Source: a virus. From it: a stretch of DNA of 64,000 bases. The notes under the pieces are model-generated. The model ran no database searches. It worked only from the letters and a program-made list of their open reading frames with translations, and had not been told where the DNA came from. Location of the stretch: positions 1 through 64,000 of IMG/VR virus record IMGVR_UViG_3300044712_000538. One strand, written 5' to 3'. Of this stretch, positions 26,829 to 36,600 are shown one piece after another. The first letter of the stretch is position 1. Each line of letters starts with the position of its first letter. The position numbers and the translations under genes are program-made.

Positions 26829-27568
26829 GTTTTATATCGATTGACTATATCGCATCAAAATGGCTGGTGGACCGGCGATACCCGAAGCACTGGTATGTCG
26901 ATGCCATCGGCTATATTTCAAACTGGCTCCGCGAATCGCAGCTTCATTCGCTGCCGATGATCGAGTCCCATACCATTACCCTGAACTCCTACAAGGCTGG
27001 TCCGCTGCCCTGCGGATACCTGTCGTGGGTCCGGGTGGGCATCAAGGACGGACAGTTTATCAAGCCGATTGCTGGCCGCCAGGGGTTGATCAATACCGTC
27101 AACACGGACGAAAACGGCAATAAGGTTCCACATGGAACATCGGAGATTACCGAGGAGGAAGGATACCGAATGTACTGGCTGGAGAATTTGGGGACCTACG
27201 GGGAAGATCTCGGCCGGCAGTACGGCGGCAGCGGGGATGATACCGGCCTTTTCAAGATCATGAAGGAGCGGAACGAGATCCAGATGGTCGAAACTTACAC
27301 GGAAGATACCGTGTATATGGACTGTCTGGTGTCGCTGAACAATGCCAAATTTTTCTCCAAAATCGACGAAATGTGCCTCCCGGCCGCAAAGTCGTTCGCT
27401 GACTGGCAGCATGAGCGCAACCGGAAGACGCGGAACGAAACCGTTGTGAGGGAAGCTGAGGCCCGCTACCGCGAGCATATGCGTATCCTCCGGGCCAATA
27501 TGTTCGACTACGGAATGGCCGACATTATCAATATCTGGTATCAAAGCGTAAAAGGGTCGCCTAAATGA
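26825..27568 (+). CDS. putative tail ring/connector protein
   Basis: LP.GY.SWVRVG motif; directly before the muzzle gene. Confidence 0.55.
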   Translation: MSFISIDYIASKWLVDRRYPKHWYVDAIGYISNWLRESQLHSLPMIESHTITLNSYKAGPLPCGYLSWVRVGIKDGQFIKPIAGRQGLINTVNTDENGNKVPHGTSEITEEEGYRMYWLENLGTYGEDLGRQYGGSGDDTGLFKIMKERNEIQMVETYTEDTVYMDCLVSLNNAKFFSKIDEMCLPAAKSFADWQHERNRKTRNETVVREAEARYREHMRILRANMFDYGMADIINIWYQSVKGSPK

Positions 27569-30500
27569 TTCCTATAAAACTGAGTTTTTTCAGCGGCGTA
27601 AATAATGATCTGGCCCCTCACCTGATGCAGGATGGCCAGTATATTACCATCGTCAATGGCCGGGTGCTTACCTCTGAAAAGGGAGAAATCGGGGTTGTGT
27701 CGGAACTTGGGGGCCACCTGGCGCTGAGTGCCCCGGATTCCGAGGACAAGCTTGGGGTATGCCTGATTGAGGATGTGGTCCGGCAGCGGGTTATCTGTTT
27801 TCGTTGCGATACGTCCGGCAATGGTAACCACGATATTCTGTGCTATGACGTTTTTGAGCAGACGTTTTATACCATCGCCAAAGGGGCTTACCTGAATTTT
27901 TCAAGCACCCGGCTGATTACCGCGCACATTATCGGGGATCTCCTGTTTTTCAATGACCGGGGCATCAACCCGCCGCGCCGGATCAACATGGAGGCCGGGA
28001 TCAAGACTTTCCATCCCCTGTATCAGACCAGCCAGCGTCCATATGAAAGCCCGGACAAATACACCATCACGGTCCTGCGGAATCCTCCGATCTATCCCCC
28101 GGTGGCCTTGAAAGGGTACAATCCAGCCTTCCCGAACAACTACATTGCTGACCTGGCGCTGCGCTTTTCCTGGAGGTTTATCTACCGGGACGGGGAAGAA
28201 ACGGTTTTCTCGGTGCCGAGCCATACCATGCTCCCCAACGTCAATTCGCGGGACAACCCTACCGATATTTTCAACTATATCAAGGTTGATATTCCCCTCT
28301 TCCAGAAAATCCCGTCCGATGTGGATCTGGTGGAAGTCGGGGTTAAGTTCGACCTGGATACCGGCTTTTTCATCGTCAAGCGGTGGGACCGGTCGGTAAC
28401 GGCTGACGCTACCGCGATCCTGAACCACAATGCCGGTATTTCCGCGCTGACATACGACTTCTACAATGATACGGCTGGCGAGGCCGTGTCTGAATTTGAT
28501 AGCATTGAACCGTACCACGATGTTCCCGAAACCGCACAATGGCAAGTAGTCGGCAGGGACCGCATCTACTACTTGGGGCCGGAGAATGGCAAAGACAAGC
28601 CAGAAAAAACGAGTATGACTACCGAAGCCATCACGGCCACGGTTTCCGATACTCCTCCGGTCCCTCCTGTTTTGCCTACCATGCAGTTCGAGCGCGACCC
28701 GGACGAGCCGGGCGGCGGCGGCTTCCGGTATATGGGGTGGATCTACTTCCAGGGGGCTCCTGTCGCAGGAAGCACATACACCATCATGCTTTCCGACAAG
28801 CAGTACAATGGCGGGAATCCCTTTGTCTGGATGCAGTACACGGTCCAAGCCGGTGATGACCTTGAAACCGTCATTCTGGCCCTGATCAATAGCAACCAGT
28901 TCAGCCCCGTAACCACTTACCCTCAGCCGGTGCCCAATTCCGTTCAGATCTACCTTGAAAGCGTTGTGGACCCGGACATAAACCGGTTTTCCATCACTTT
29001 TCTTGGTGTTTCCGGGGCGGGAGGATCGTCCGGAGGGACCTTATCGCCTGGTACTCAGGTTTTCAAGTCTGGCGCCAGCTTTACACCGAGCATCGTATTT
29101 TTTGATGAAGGCTTGCGGAATTGCGGGGTGATCCCGGCCGCGTCCTTTGATGTTCCTGAGCCGACCTTTGGCCAGACGGTTTTTGTTACCGCTCGGAAAT
29201 GGACCCTTTCCAATCTGGATGCGCTGGCAGAAATTCCTTCCTGGGCAGTTGCGTACGCACCGTGCCTGACCCTGAACTCCCGGACGCGCACCTTCCTGCA
29301 GATCCGGCCGGCAGCCATCGGCTATATCGATAAGGACGGGGCCGATGCTCTGACCTATTCCGATACGCATACCGGCATTTACCTTGATCTGGAATCCCTG
29401 CTTGAATATGGCATGGGGTACACCTATCAGGCCGGGAACAAGGATACCGCCTATATCTGGCTGGATACCGGTGGCCAGCGGTTTACGGCCCGGATCATTG
29501 GTCAGGAAGAAAACCGGGTGATCTGCCAAATGAAAGATCTTGGAAACCTGACCGGCCGGACCGCCAAGGTCGAGATCTTTACTCCATTCCTTCGCCCGTC
29601 CATTGAACTATTTTACGAGCAAGGGGAGGTTTTCCCCATAGCCAATCCCGGCACGGCCAACCGCCAGTACACCACGACGGTCGGTTACTTTACCGGGGAT
29701 GTGCGCCTGTTGAAGCGGAAAGCTGGAGCGTCCGATTACTATGTCGAGGCCATGAATTGCAACGACCTGACATGGAAGGACTGGCACACGGATACCGGTC
29801 GACCGAATACCGTTTTTAAGTCGAAGCGGGAGAAGCGGACCAATATCATCCAGTTTAGCGAAAAGCGGGTGCCTGGCACGACCATCAACGGATTGTCGCG
29901 GTTTTCGGTCGGCAATGAGGCGCTGGTCCCGATTGAGGCGGGTCATATCCAGTGTGCTGCTCTGTCGAACCAGGTTCAGTCCGAAGGATCGGTCATGTTC
30001 GTTATATGCTCCATGCACTCCGTTTCCGTCTACCTTGGCGAGCAGCAGCTACGCGATAACTCCGGGGATACCTATCTTGTCCAGTCCCAATCGGTGATTG
30101 GCACCATGAACGTGATGCGTTTCAGGAGCGGGACAGCCCATCCGGAATCCATGATTGAGCGGAACGGCAATGTCTACTGGTACGACATGGAGAATGCTCA
30201 GGTCTGCCGGTATGGTGGAAATGGGGTATATCCGATCTCGCGGGACGGAATCTCGCAAGATCTTAAAAAGCTGAGTGATGCCCTCCGGGCACTTTCGGAT
30301 GCGGACCTTGAAACAATGGAGCCTGGCCAGCGTCCGTATGTCATCGGCGGGTTTGATCCATACCACAATGAGTACCTGTTGGCGGTCCCGACCGTAAGCG
30401 AAACCGGGTTTGAGCCTCCCTTGGAGGATTATGGCACCGGTACGCTGCCCCCGGCCATGCCCTACCCGTATGCCTTTTACAATGGATTTGGCGGGGTGCT

Positions 30501-31062
30501 GGTCTTCAAGACCGGTGATGATGACGGAAAGGGCATGTGGATCGGTAGCCGGACGTACCGGCCGGAATGTTTTGGGTCAGTCGGAAGCTTCTTGTTTTCT
30601 ATGAAAGACGGGGAGTTGTATATGCATAATCAGGATTCGGCAGGGCTGAACAACTTCTACGGGGTGGCGTACCCTATGAAAATTATTTCTGTATGCTCCC
30701 CGCCAACCCCGACCAAGACGGCCCCGAAAGTTTACCAGGGCATCGCGGTAGAAGCGCGAAGGCCGCCATCCTTCATTCATTTCCGGACCGAGGGCGTTGA
30801 TCGGCTTGGAAATTACTTCCACCAAAGTTCGGATTTGTGGGACATGAATTTTTACAATAAGGAAGGTAACTGGTATGCGCCGATCATGCGCGACAGGCTT
30901 TCCCCGAATGTCGATGGGACCTTTTTGTATAAGTCGTACATTGGAGATAAGATGCGGGGATCGTACCTGAAATTTATGGCCGAATTTTCCAACGACAATT
31001 CGCGCTCTCAGGTTAAATTTGTTTCAATCATACACGCGGAAAGCCGCGGACACAAAATTTAA
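27565..31062 (+). CDS. tail stabilization (muzzle, P22 gp10-like) protein
   Basis: GVNND.AP..M.DGQY....N N-terminus, LFFND..NPPRRIN, G..HPES....GNVYWYD, GGFDPYHNEY, KEG.WYA. Confidence 0.8.
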   Translation: MIPIKLSFFSGVNNDLAPHLMQDGQYITIVNGRVLTSEKGEIGVVSELGGHLALSAPDSEDKLGVCLIEDVVRQRVICFRCDTSGNGNHDILCYDVFEQTFYTIAKGAYLNFSSTRLITAHIIGDLLFFNDRGINPPRRINMEAGIKTFHPLYQTSQRPYESPDKYTITVLRNPPIYPPVALKGYNPAFPNNYIADLALRFSWRFIYRDGEETVFSVPSHTMLPNVNSRDNPTDIFNYIKVDIPLFQKIPSDVDLVEVGVKFDLDTGFFIVKRWDRSVTADATAILNHNAGISALTYDFYNDTAGEAVSEFDSIEPYHDVPETAQWQVVGRDRIYYLGPENGKDKPEKTSMTTEAITATVSDTPPVPPVLPTMQFERDPDEPGGGGFRYMGWIYFQGAPVAGSTYTIMLSDKQYNGGNPFVWMQYTVQAGDDLETVILALINSNQFSPVTTYPQPVPNSVQIYLESVVDPDINRFSITFLGVSGAGGSSGGTLSPGTQVFKSGASFTPSIVFFDEGLRNCGVIPAASFDVPEPTFGQTVFVTARKWTLSNLDALAEIPSWAVAYAPCLTLNSRTRTFLQIRPAAIGYIDKDGADALTYSDTHTGIYLDLESLLEYGMGYTYQAGNKDTAYIWLDTGGQRFTARIIGQEENRVICQMKDLGNLTGRTAKVEIFTPFLRPSIELFYEQGEVFPIANPGTANRQYTTTVGYFTGDVRLLKRKAGASDYYVEAMNCNDLTWKDWHTDTGRPNTVFKSKREKRTNIIQFSEKRVPGTTINGLSRFSVGNEALVPIEAGHIQCAALSNQVQSEGSVMFVICSMHSVSVYLGEQQLRDNSGDTYLVQSQSVIGTMNVMRFRSGTAHPESMIERNGNVYWYDMENAQVCRYGGNGVYPISRDGISQDLKKLSDALRALSDADLETMEPGQRPYVIGGFDPYHNEYLLAVPTVSETGFEPPLEDYGTGTLPPAMPYPYAFYNGFGGVLVFKTGDDDGKGMWIGSRTYRPECFGSVGSFLFSMKDGELYMHNQDSAGLNNFYGVAYPMKIISVCSPPTPTKTAPKVYQGIAVEARRPPSFIHFRTEGVDRLGNYFHQSSDLWDMNFYNKEGNWYAPIMRDRLSPNVDGTFLYKSYIGDKMRGSYLKFMAEFSNDNSRSQVKFVSIIHAESRGHKI

Positions 31063-31066
31063 GCAT

Positions 31067-31750
31067 ATGGCAATCGGTCTTGCATTAGCTGCCGCCGGAA
31101 CAATTGCCGGCATTGTCCAGAAAGGAATTGCCGCGCGCCGCCAGCGGAAAGCTGCGAATAAAATCAACCCGGTAAACCCGGTGTATGAAGCTACCAAAGA
31201 AAGCGCCCAGGAACTCGCCATGGCCCGGCAGGCAAACAATGCTGATGTGGCTGGTGGTGCCGCCATGGAGCGATCCGCGTACACCCAAGGTGCCAATACT
31301 GTTGCGGCCGTCATGAAAGCTGGTGGATCTCCTGCCCAAGTCGCGGCCACCATCGCTCGGTCAAACATGGCCACCAATAAAGCCATGGCCGATCTGACCA
31401 TCAGGCGCACTCAGCAAAAGCTTGCCACCATGGGACTTGTCCAAGGTGCCCTCCGGGCCAGAAGCCAGCAACGGATGATGGAGCATCAGGACAAGATTCG
31501 CCGGTACGAAGGGGATCAGGCCGCCAAGGATGCGCTCTACCAATCTGCCGATCAGAACGTGGCTGGTATGTTCAATGATGCCGCTGGATTTGGCCTTACC
31601 GCTGCCATGGGCGGCCTGGATAAGGGTGTTGGGAAAAAACTTGGTGGCATTTTCGGTAAAAGCATGAAGGCATCCAAGTTCCAAAAATCCCTCAAAGCCG
31701 CACAAACGGCCGGGAAAATTGTAGGCTCAACAGACTTCCTACCCGGATAA
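31067..31750 (+). CDS. putative internal virion/ejection protein
   Basis: Ala/Gly-rich helical protein with hydrophobic N-terminus, after the muzzle gene. Confidence 0.6.
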   Translation: MAIGLALAAAGTIAGIVQKGIAARRQRKAANKINPVNPVYEATKESAQELAMARQANNADVAGGAAMERSAYTQGANTVAAVMKAGGSPAQVAATIARSNMATNKAMADLTIRRTQQKLATMGLVQGALRARSQQRMMEHQDKIRRYEGDQAAKDALYQSADQNVAGMFNDAAGFGLTAAMGGLDKGVGKKLGGIFGKSMKASKFQKSLKAAQTAGKIVGSTDFLPG

Positions 31751-31751
31751 T

Positions 31752-33647
31752 ATGCAAACACATCCAAATACAGGACGCGAGAAGGCCGGGGTGCTGCCAA
31801 GAATGTTTGCCCCCGTTGGATCATTGTGGCAACAATATTCGGCGCAGAAATCGCGCGAATCTACGCTTGCACAACAGCGATTGAAAGAAGAGCAAGCCCG
31901 GCAGGATGCATTGTCCAAGTACGCGAATAGCCTGATGGACAAAGATCTTGGCACCGGGACCGCGATTGACCCGGTGATCACTCAGGCCCAGGCTGACGTA
32001 AAGCAAGTGCTGGCCGAGGCAATAAAAGCCAACCCAAACATGCGGATGGCTGATCTGGACCTTATGGCCGGGAAATCGGCCGCCCGGATCAAGTCCGCGT
32101 CGGACAGGATGAGGGCGCTGGACAACAATATCAAAGGGTATGCTGCCAGCCTGAACAAGATACCGGGTGTTTCCGGTAAAGATCTGGAGCAAATGGCTCG
32201 GTTTGAAATGCTTTATGCCGATGACGGGAAAGGTGGCTACCGTCTGAAAACGATTGAAGAGATCAACTCCTATGATGGAGATCCGGTTGCCGTGGCCCTT
32301 GAAAAGCATGCAGACAAAATTGTTACCAGGGAGGCGCTGGATACCCATCTGGCAAAGCTCGGCGCGGCACATAAGGATGTTACGGTCCAGTCTGAAAAGA
32401 ATGGTGTTACTACCAAGAATTCCGTCAACGTAACCTATCTTCCCGGCCTGCATGATGTGAACGATGACGGGACCATATCTACCAAGAAGGAAATAAAGGA
32501 TCTGTCTGGCGTTTATGCCAATGTCCTTCCGAATAAAAGCTTTGGGCCCATGGCATCAAGTGTGATGTGGAGCCCTGATCCCGGTGCCGAATTCTCTAAG
32601 AGCAAAAAACTTCCCTTCCCGGCAAAGTTCGCAGAATACTACCCTGACGGTAAAATACCTCAACTGGCTGCAGATGCATACGACCGGATTTTCGGAACGG
32701 AAGGCGGCTCTATGTATCTTGAAAAGGAACTGAAAAAGCAGTACCCGGATCTCGACAAACTGAGCCCGTATTATGAAACCGCGAAGCGCGAAGTAGCTTT
32801 CAATCTGGTGAAAGATTATTCGGACCGAACCGGCATCAAGACCAATGACATGCAACGGAACTCGCCATGGGTCACCAAGATACAACTCGGCATTCCTACC
32901 AGCAGGGTAACGAAAGGCGATGGCGGTCCGGGTGGTGGCATTGACGAGAAGCTGAATAACTCACCGCTGGCCATCGTCGCCCGCGCGATGAATGGCGAAA
33001 CGTCTATCCTGGAAGGCGCAAGGCCAGAAACGATAACGGTCAATGGTGAGAAAAAACAGGTCATGAATTTTGCTCGCGGCCTTGCCGGTAACTTCAAGCT
33101 TCCCGATGATATATTCGGGAAAGGTGTTGAGGCCAGAACTGTTGCCGCGCACCCGGATGATCCGAATACTTTGCTGGTCGTATCTACTGACGGCCGGATG
33201 AAAACATTCAAGGGACCAGCCCTCAGGTCATTCTTCATAAACGTCGGTAAGCTTCAATCGCCGCCGATGGTCCCGGATGATGTTCAGAAAATCGTCAACT
33301 TCTACTTCAAGACTGGAGATACCAAAACGGAAGGATCTTTGGCCAGGTATAACCAGCAGGGATGGGATGAAGCATCTGCAAAGCTTGACCAGCAATACAG
33401 GCAGGAAAGGCTTGCCACATTCAAGACCCTGAAATCATTTGATGGGTCAAAAACAAAGGAGTTTGGAGAGTTCGCAAACAAGAGCGTTTCTATTCCCGGA
33501 AAGCCAGCAAAAACCATAAAATCGTTTACCTTTAAAAAGGGCGGGTGGTTCTCTTCGGACAAATATCTCTTGGAGTTTGCTGATGGAGAAAAAATGGAAT
33601 TTACGAGCAAAGGCGCAGCAGAAGATTTTCTGAACTACATCAATTAA
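31752..33647 (+). CDS. putative internal virion/ejection protein
   Basis: 631 aa, between the ejection protein and the giant protein. Confidence 0.55.
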   Translation: MQTHPNTGREKAGVLPRMFAPVGSLWQQYSAQKSRESTLAQQRLKEEQARQDALSKYANSLMDKDLGTGTAIDPVITQAQADVKQVLAEAIKANPNMRMADLDLMAGKSAARIKSASDRMRALDNNIKGYAASLNKIPGVSGKDLEQMARFEMLYADDGKGGYRLKTIEEINSYDGDPVAVALEKHADKIVTREALDTHLAKLGAAHKDVTVQSEKNGVTTKNSVNVTYLPGLHDVNDDGTISTKKEIKDLSGVYANVLPNKSFGPMASSVMWSPDPGAEFSKSKKLPFPAKFAEYYPDGKIPQLAADAYDRIFGTEGGSMYLEKELKKQYPDLDKLSPYYETAKREVAFNLVKDYSDRTGIKTNDMQRNSPWVTKIQLGIPTSRVTKGDGGPGGGIDEKLNNSPLAIVARAMNGETSILEGARPETITVNGEKKQVMNFARGLAGNFKLPDDIFGKGVEARTVAAHPDDPNTLLVVSTDGRMKTFKGPALRSFFINVGKLQSPPMVPDDVQKIVNFYFKTGDTKTEGSLARYNQQGWDEASAKLDQQYRQERLATFKTLKSFDGSKTKEFGEFANKSVSIPGKPAKTIKSFTFKKGGWFSSDKYLLEFADGEKMEFTSKGAAEDFLNYIN

Positions 33648-33654
33648 GACTATC

Positions 33655-36600
33655 ATGCCAGATTGGAGAGAACAATTACTTTCTGATATATCCAAGATAA
33701 AAGACCGGGACGCTGTATTGAAAAAATATCCTCAGTTGAAAGGGGATAAGAAAATGCTCCAGTCCCTTTACTCTTGGAATAACGCAAAAGCATCTGGCAT
33801 CCCGCCTACGGATCTTGATGAAATGTATCCGGAGGTAAAGTCGTTTCTGATCCAGCCCGATGCTGCTCCGGCTCCGCAGCCTGGCGCTACCGTTCCTCCG
33901 CAAAAAACAGTTCCGGTAAAGCCGGTCCAGACTGTTCCGGCACCGGCAGCAAATACCCCGAAACCATTTCAGCAGCTTGAAGCCTCTATTCAAAAGCATG
34001 CTACTATCGCCAAGGCTATCCCGGAAAAGGGATGGGGCGAAGATCTTACCAAAAAGATACTCGGCGGTATCTACCCGAATGTGGGAAATACAAAATCTGC
34101 GCAGCATCGGGAAATGATGATTGCCGAGGCCGACAAGGCTCTTTCTGAAAAGAAGTCGCTGATCGAAAAAACGAAGCCGCTGATTGATGAGGTAGCGAAA
34201 TGGTTCTCGCAGGATTACCAGACCGCAAAAAAGAAATACACGGTTGACGGTACTGACATGGGTGAGATCCGGGAAGACGTTGTGAGGGCCGAAGCCCGTA
34301 ATTGGGCAAAGCGATACGGCGGCGGCTCCGGCGTTGAAGAGATCTTGTTTGCGTCGGCCCTTGGCGCAATTCAGGTTGAGCAAGTAAAGCCGAAATATGA
34401 GGCAGAACTCAAAAGCCTGTATAAGCAGAAGTACGGGAAAGACATGCCGACTGAAAAGGAAGCAGATCTTTTCCAGAATGCTATCGTATCTGCCGCGAAG
34501 GATCAGGTAAACAAGCAGATCGAAAAATCCAGCCAGGAATTGAAGTTGAAGGTATCCCAAACATGGGATGAGCAATTCCGGAAGCAACTGGATGATTCGG
34601 CAAAGCGGTTTGGCTCCGATTCTCCTGAGTATAAAAACCAGTTTGCTCAGTCCGTTGCCGCAATAGGAAAGCTGGAGAAGCAATGGCGGCAAAAGGAGAT
34701 CGCCAGAATCGAGCGGATCAAGTCCGAACTGGAAGCTGGTTTGAAGAAAAAGATTGAATCCTTCAATGCTGAGGAGCAAATGAGGATTGGTGCCATATCG
34801 GACGAGGCATACAAAAAAGCATCTCAGGCATATTCCGAAGCAAAAGGCGAGAAGAAATACCGCGAGGTTGCTGCCGCCAGCGACTTTTTTGGGAAGTCCC
34901 AACTGAACATTGGATTTAATAGGGCGCTTACCGGCCGGCTCCTTTATGGGGTGGCCAGCCTTGGCGATTACCTGGCGAGCGAAGGCTACCAATCGGCCGC
35001 GATTGACTGGATGCGTTCCATGGCTACTACCGGGGGAGAGCTGGACGTTCCGGACCTGAAACTCGGGTTCGATCGGAATCTGGCCATGGCCCTTGCCACA
35101 AGGACCGGTGGCGGTATTGGCTCGTCTGCCGTGCCCATGGGAGCCGCCATGCTGACTATGAATCCGCTGGCCGGAGCCCTTGTTTCCTATAAGATGGAAA
35201 CGGCGATGATGGAGGCCGACATATGGAAAGAGCGTATGATGGCTGGAGATCCTGAAGCAAAGCAAAAGGCCGATAAGGCTGGCGCGCAGACCGCGATACT
35301 CCTGCCCCTTTATGTGCTTGAAATGGACCGCCTTTTCGCGGGCATGAAGAAGGGTGGATGGGTGAACAAGGCGCTGAACATTTATGCCCCGGAACTGGCC
35401 CAGGAAGTCCCTACGGAATACTGGCAGCAGTATCTACAAGCAAAGTCCTCCGGGTTTAAGGGGGATTTTGCTGATTTTGTTGCCGAGGACAAGGGTAACA
35501 TTGCCCTTGAAACCGCTATCGCCACCATCGGAATGTCCACCGTATTTGCCTCCATGGGCAAAAGCACGGAAGCCGTTGGCCGGGCTCTTGGCCCCAAGGC
35601 AAAGGATCAGGCTATTATCTCGCTGGCGCAGCGGACGCAGATGGCCCCGGTGGATTTTGTTCCTACTCCATCCCCGTATAAAGGTCCGGACAATGACCCG
35701 GCCGCTCCGGCTGCCCCGGCCGGCACCGCCCAGGCGGTAGATCCTCAGGCCGCCACACCCTCAGTATCCCCGATTACCATGGTCAATGCCGCCTTGGAGC
35801 AGGCATGGATGAACGGGGAAATGAGTGATGAGCAGCTTGTCGATGAGAAAAAGCATGCTGAAATGATCCTTGCCAAGCAGGATGAACTCGCCAAGCTTGG
35901 TCTGGAGCCGGACATGATCCGGCACTATATCGGCCTGCAGGCTGAAATGGTCTATCTGCAAAACCAAATGGCTGCCGCCAAGGACCCGGTCCTGCAGGCG
36001 AAATTTGAAAAGGACATTGCCGCGATTCAGACGCAGATGGCCAAGGTGATCGACGACAAGATCGAGGAAACCATATTTTCTGTTACCACCCCCTTTGGAG
36101 ATACCTATACCGCGACCGAGAAAGAATTGGATGAGATCATGAACAACCCCCTGTTTGGGGCCCCGGAAGATCTTGTCATTACCCCGATCAAGGGTCGGCT
36201 TACCCCGGACGAACAAAAGGTTGCCGATGCCTTAGCCGGGGCGAAGCTTCCGGACGGCCTATCCGACATGAGCGTTGAGAAGCTGGTCCAGAAGTTTGCC
36301 GGGTCGAAGGATTTCAATGAGCAACGGGAAGCGATAAAAATGTACCGGGATCAGCTTAATGATCCCCTGGGCCCAACTCCCCGGAAGCAAATGATCGCCG
36401 CTTTTGGGCAAGATCTTGCCGACCAGGTTGCCCCTCTTCCCTTTGGAGAGGTTGACAAAAAAGAGGTTGGTGAAAAACAGTTCAAAAACGTAACCGAAAG
36501 GCTAAAGTCCCGAGAGCCAGAAAGCTTTGAGGAAGAGGTTCTGCAAGGGTTCCTGCGTGATCTCCGTTTCTCTTCTGAGGACTTTACTCGGTATGCCGGG

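Noticed and set aside
27901-28848. 315-aa antisense ORF
   Set aside because: Shadow of the muzzle gene with no recognisable features
33676-35265. 529-aa antisense ORF
   Set aside because: Shadow of the giant protein; Leu/Phe/Arg-rich composition typical of reverse-frame reading, with no motifs
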